DNA of 64,000 nucleotides, from the NCBI GenBank assembly GCA_002269645.1, contig NIVC01000013.1, positions 186,001-250,000 on the forward strand, read 5' to 3'. This document shows, one piece after another, positions 63,369-64,000 of the stretch (positions are counted from its first letter, which is position 1; each line of letters starts with the position of its first letter). The position numbers and the translations under genes are program-made. The DNA is from Macrostomum lignano (lineage: Eukaryota). The notes under the pieces were generated by a model. The model had not been told where the DNA came from, searched no databases, and was given only the letters and a program-made list of their open reading frames with translations.

Positions 63369-63746
63369 TATTTAATAACTGTCTATTTTAATTTTTGACT
63401 GGAAAAATGTACGGTATGGCTGGGTAATGAAACATTTAGTATAAAGAATTATAATTTGTCATTATAGGTACATTTATCATTGCTAATTAATTTATTGTAA
63501 TCTATTGTAATTATTATATACAAATAAACTTCAAAAACAAAAAAGTAAAACAACTCATTGCAATGCTTAAAAAGAAATAAAACAATTTTTAATTCTCTAT
63601 TTAAATCAAGCAAACTTCGCAATTAACACTACTGATAGTAGCCATAAATAGAGAGTCCAATAGCAGTCTTTCCAAAGTCTACAAGTCAGGGTCCGATCAG
63701 GGTCCGATCAGATAAGACATGGTCGTACTCGACTTTTTACACTGGG

Positions 63747-64000
63747 CGACGACGGCGGAGAGCGTGATCCCCCACCTGCGGAGGCTGTTCGGCAGATACG
63801 GCGTCCCGATTGAGGTGGTCACCGACAACGGCCCGCCATTCAGCTCGGCAGCTTTCCGCAGCTTCCCCGCTTCGTACGGCATTCACCACCGCCTCATCTG
63901 CCCGCTGCACCCAGAATCCAATGGAGCGACGGAGCGAGTCAACCGCAGCATCGGGAAAGTGATTCAGACGGCAGTGGCCGAAGGTCGTAACTGGCGGGAG
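63747..64000 (+). CDS. Gypsy integrase core, continuation; runs off the window
   Basis: LFGRYGVPIEVVTDNGPPF...SNGATERVNRSI. Confidence 0.95.

Larger units (their letters stand above)
55520..63746. mobile_element. EnSpm/CACTA (CMC) DNA transposon, 8227 bp, inserted in the Gypsy integrase
   Basis: TIRs CCCAGTGTAAAA...GAGT.CG at both ends; 2-bp TSD CG; removing it restores EVNFLNS-TTAESVIPHL. Confidence 0.93.

Overview
Repeat-rich eukaryotic (animal) genomic DNA. A flatworm such as Macrostomum is my guess from the GC-rich coding exons and minisatellite-filled introns; this is inference, not identification. 0-5 kb: a Jockey/I-group LINE with a CCHC ORF1, an internally deleted endonuclease and a frameshifted RT. 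12-23 kb: orphan ORFs, a virus-type Prim-Pol (AEP primase) gene and a Polinton/Maverick-type protein-primed PolB fragment, all on the + strand. These are separated by a Ty3/Gypsy remnant whose LTR is flanked by both a PPT and a PBS, and the PolB fragment is bracketed by a pair of inverted tandem arrays. 25-38 kb: a spliced hAT-like transposase pseudogene, a 3.0 kb non-autonomous EnSpm/CACTA-type element carrying exon-like cargo and a tRNA-derived SINE, and several MITEs. 39-51 kb: a host-gene island with an orphan single-pass membrane protein (+), RMI2 (-) and EXD2 (-). Nearly every intron here is a different satellite, and EXD2/RMI2 show signs of a trans-spliced operon. 52-64 kb: a three-level nest with TSDs visible at both insertions: Gypsy gag-pol, containing an 8.2 kb EnSpm/CMC transposon, containing a 2.6 kb MULE with an intact transposase. 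Many frameshifts are single-base losses in A runs, possibly long-read errors. No rRNA, true tRNA or CRISPR array was found.
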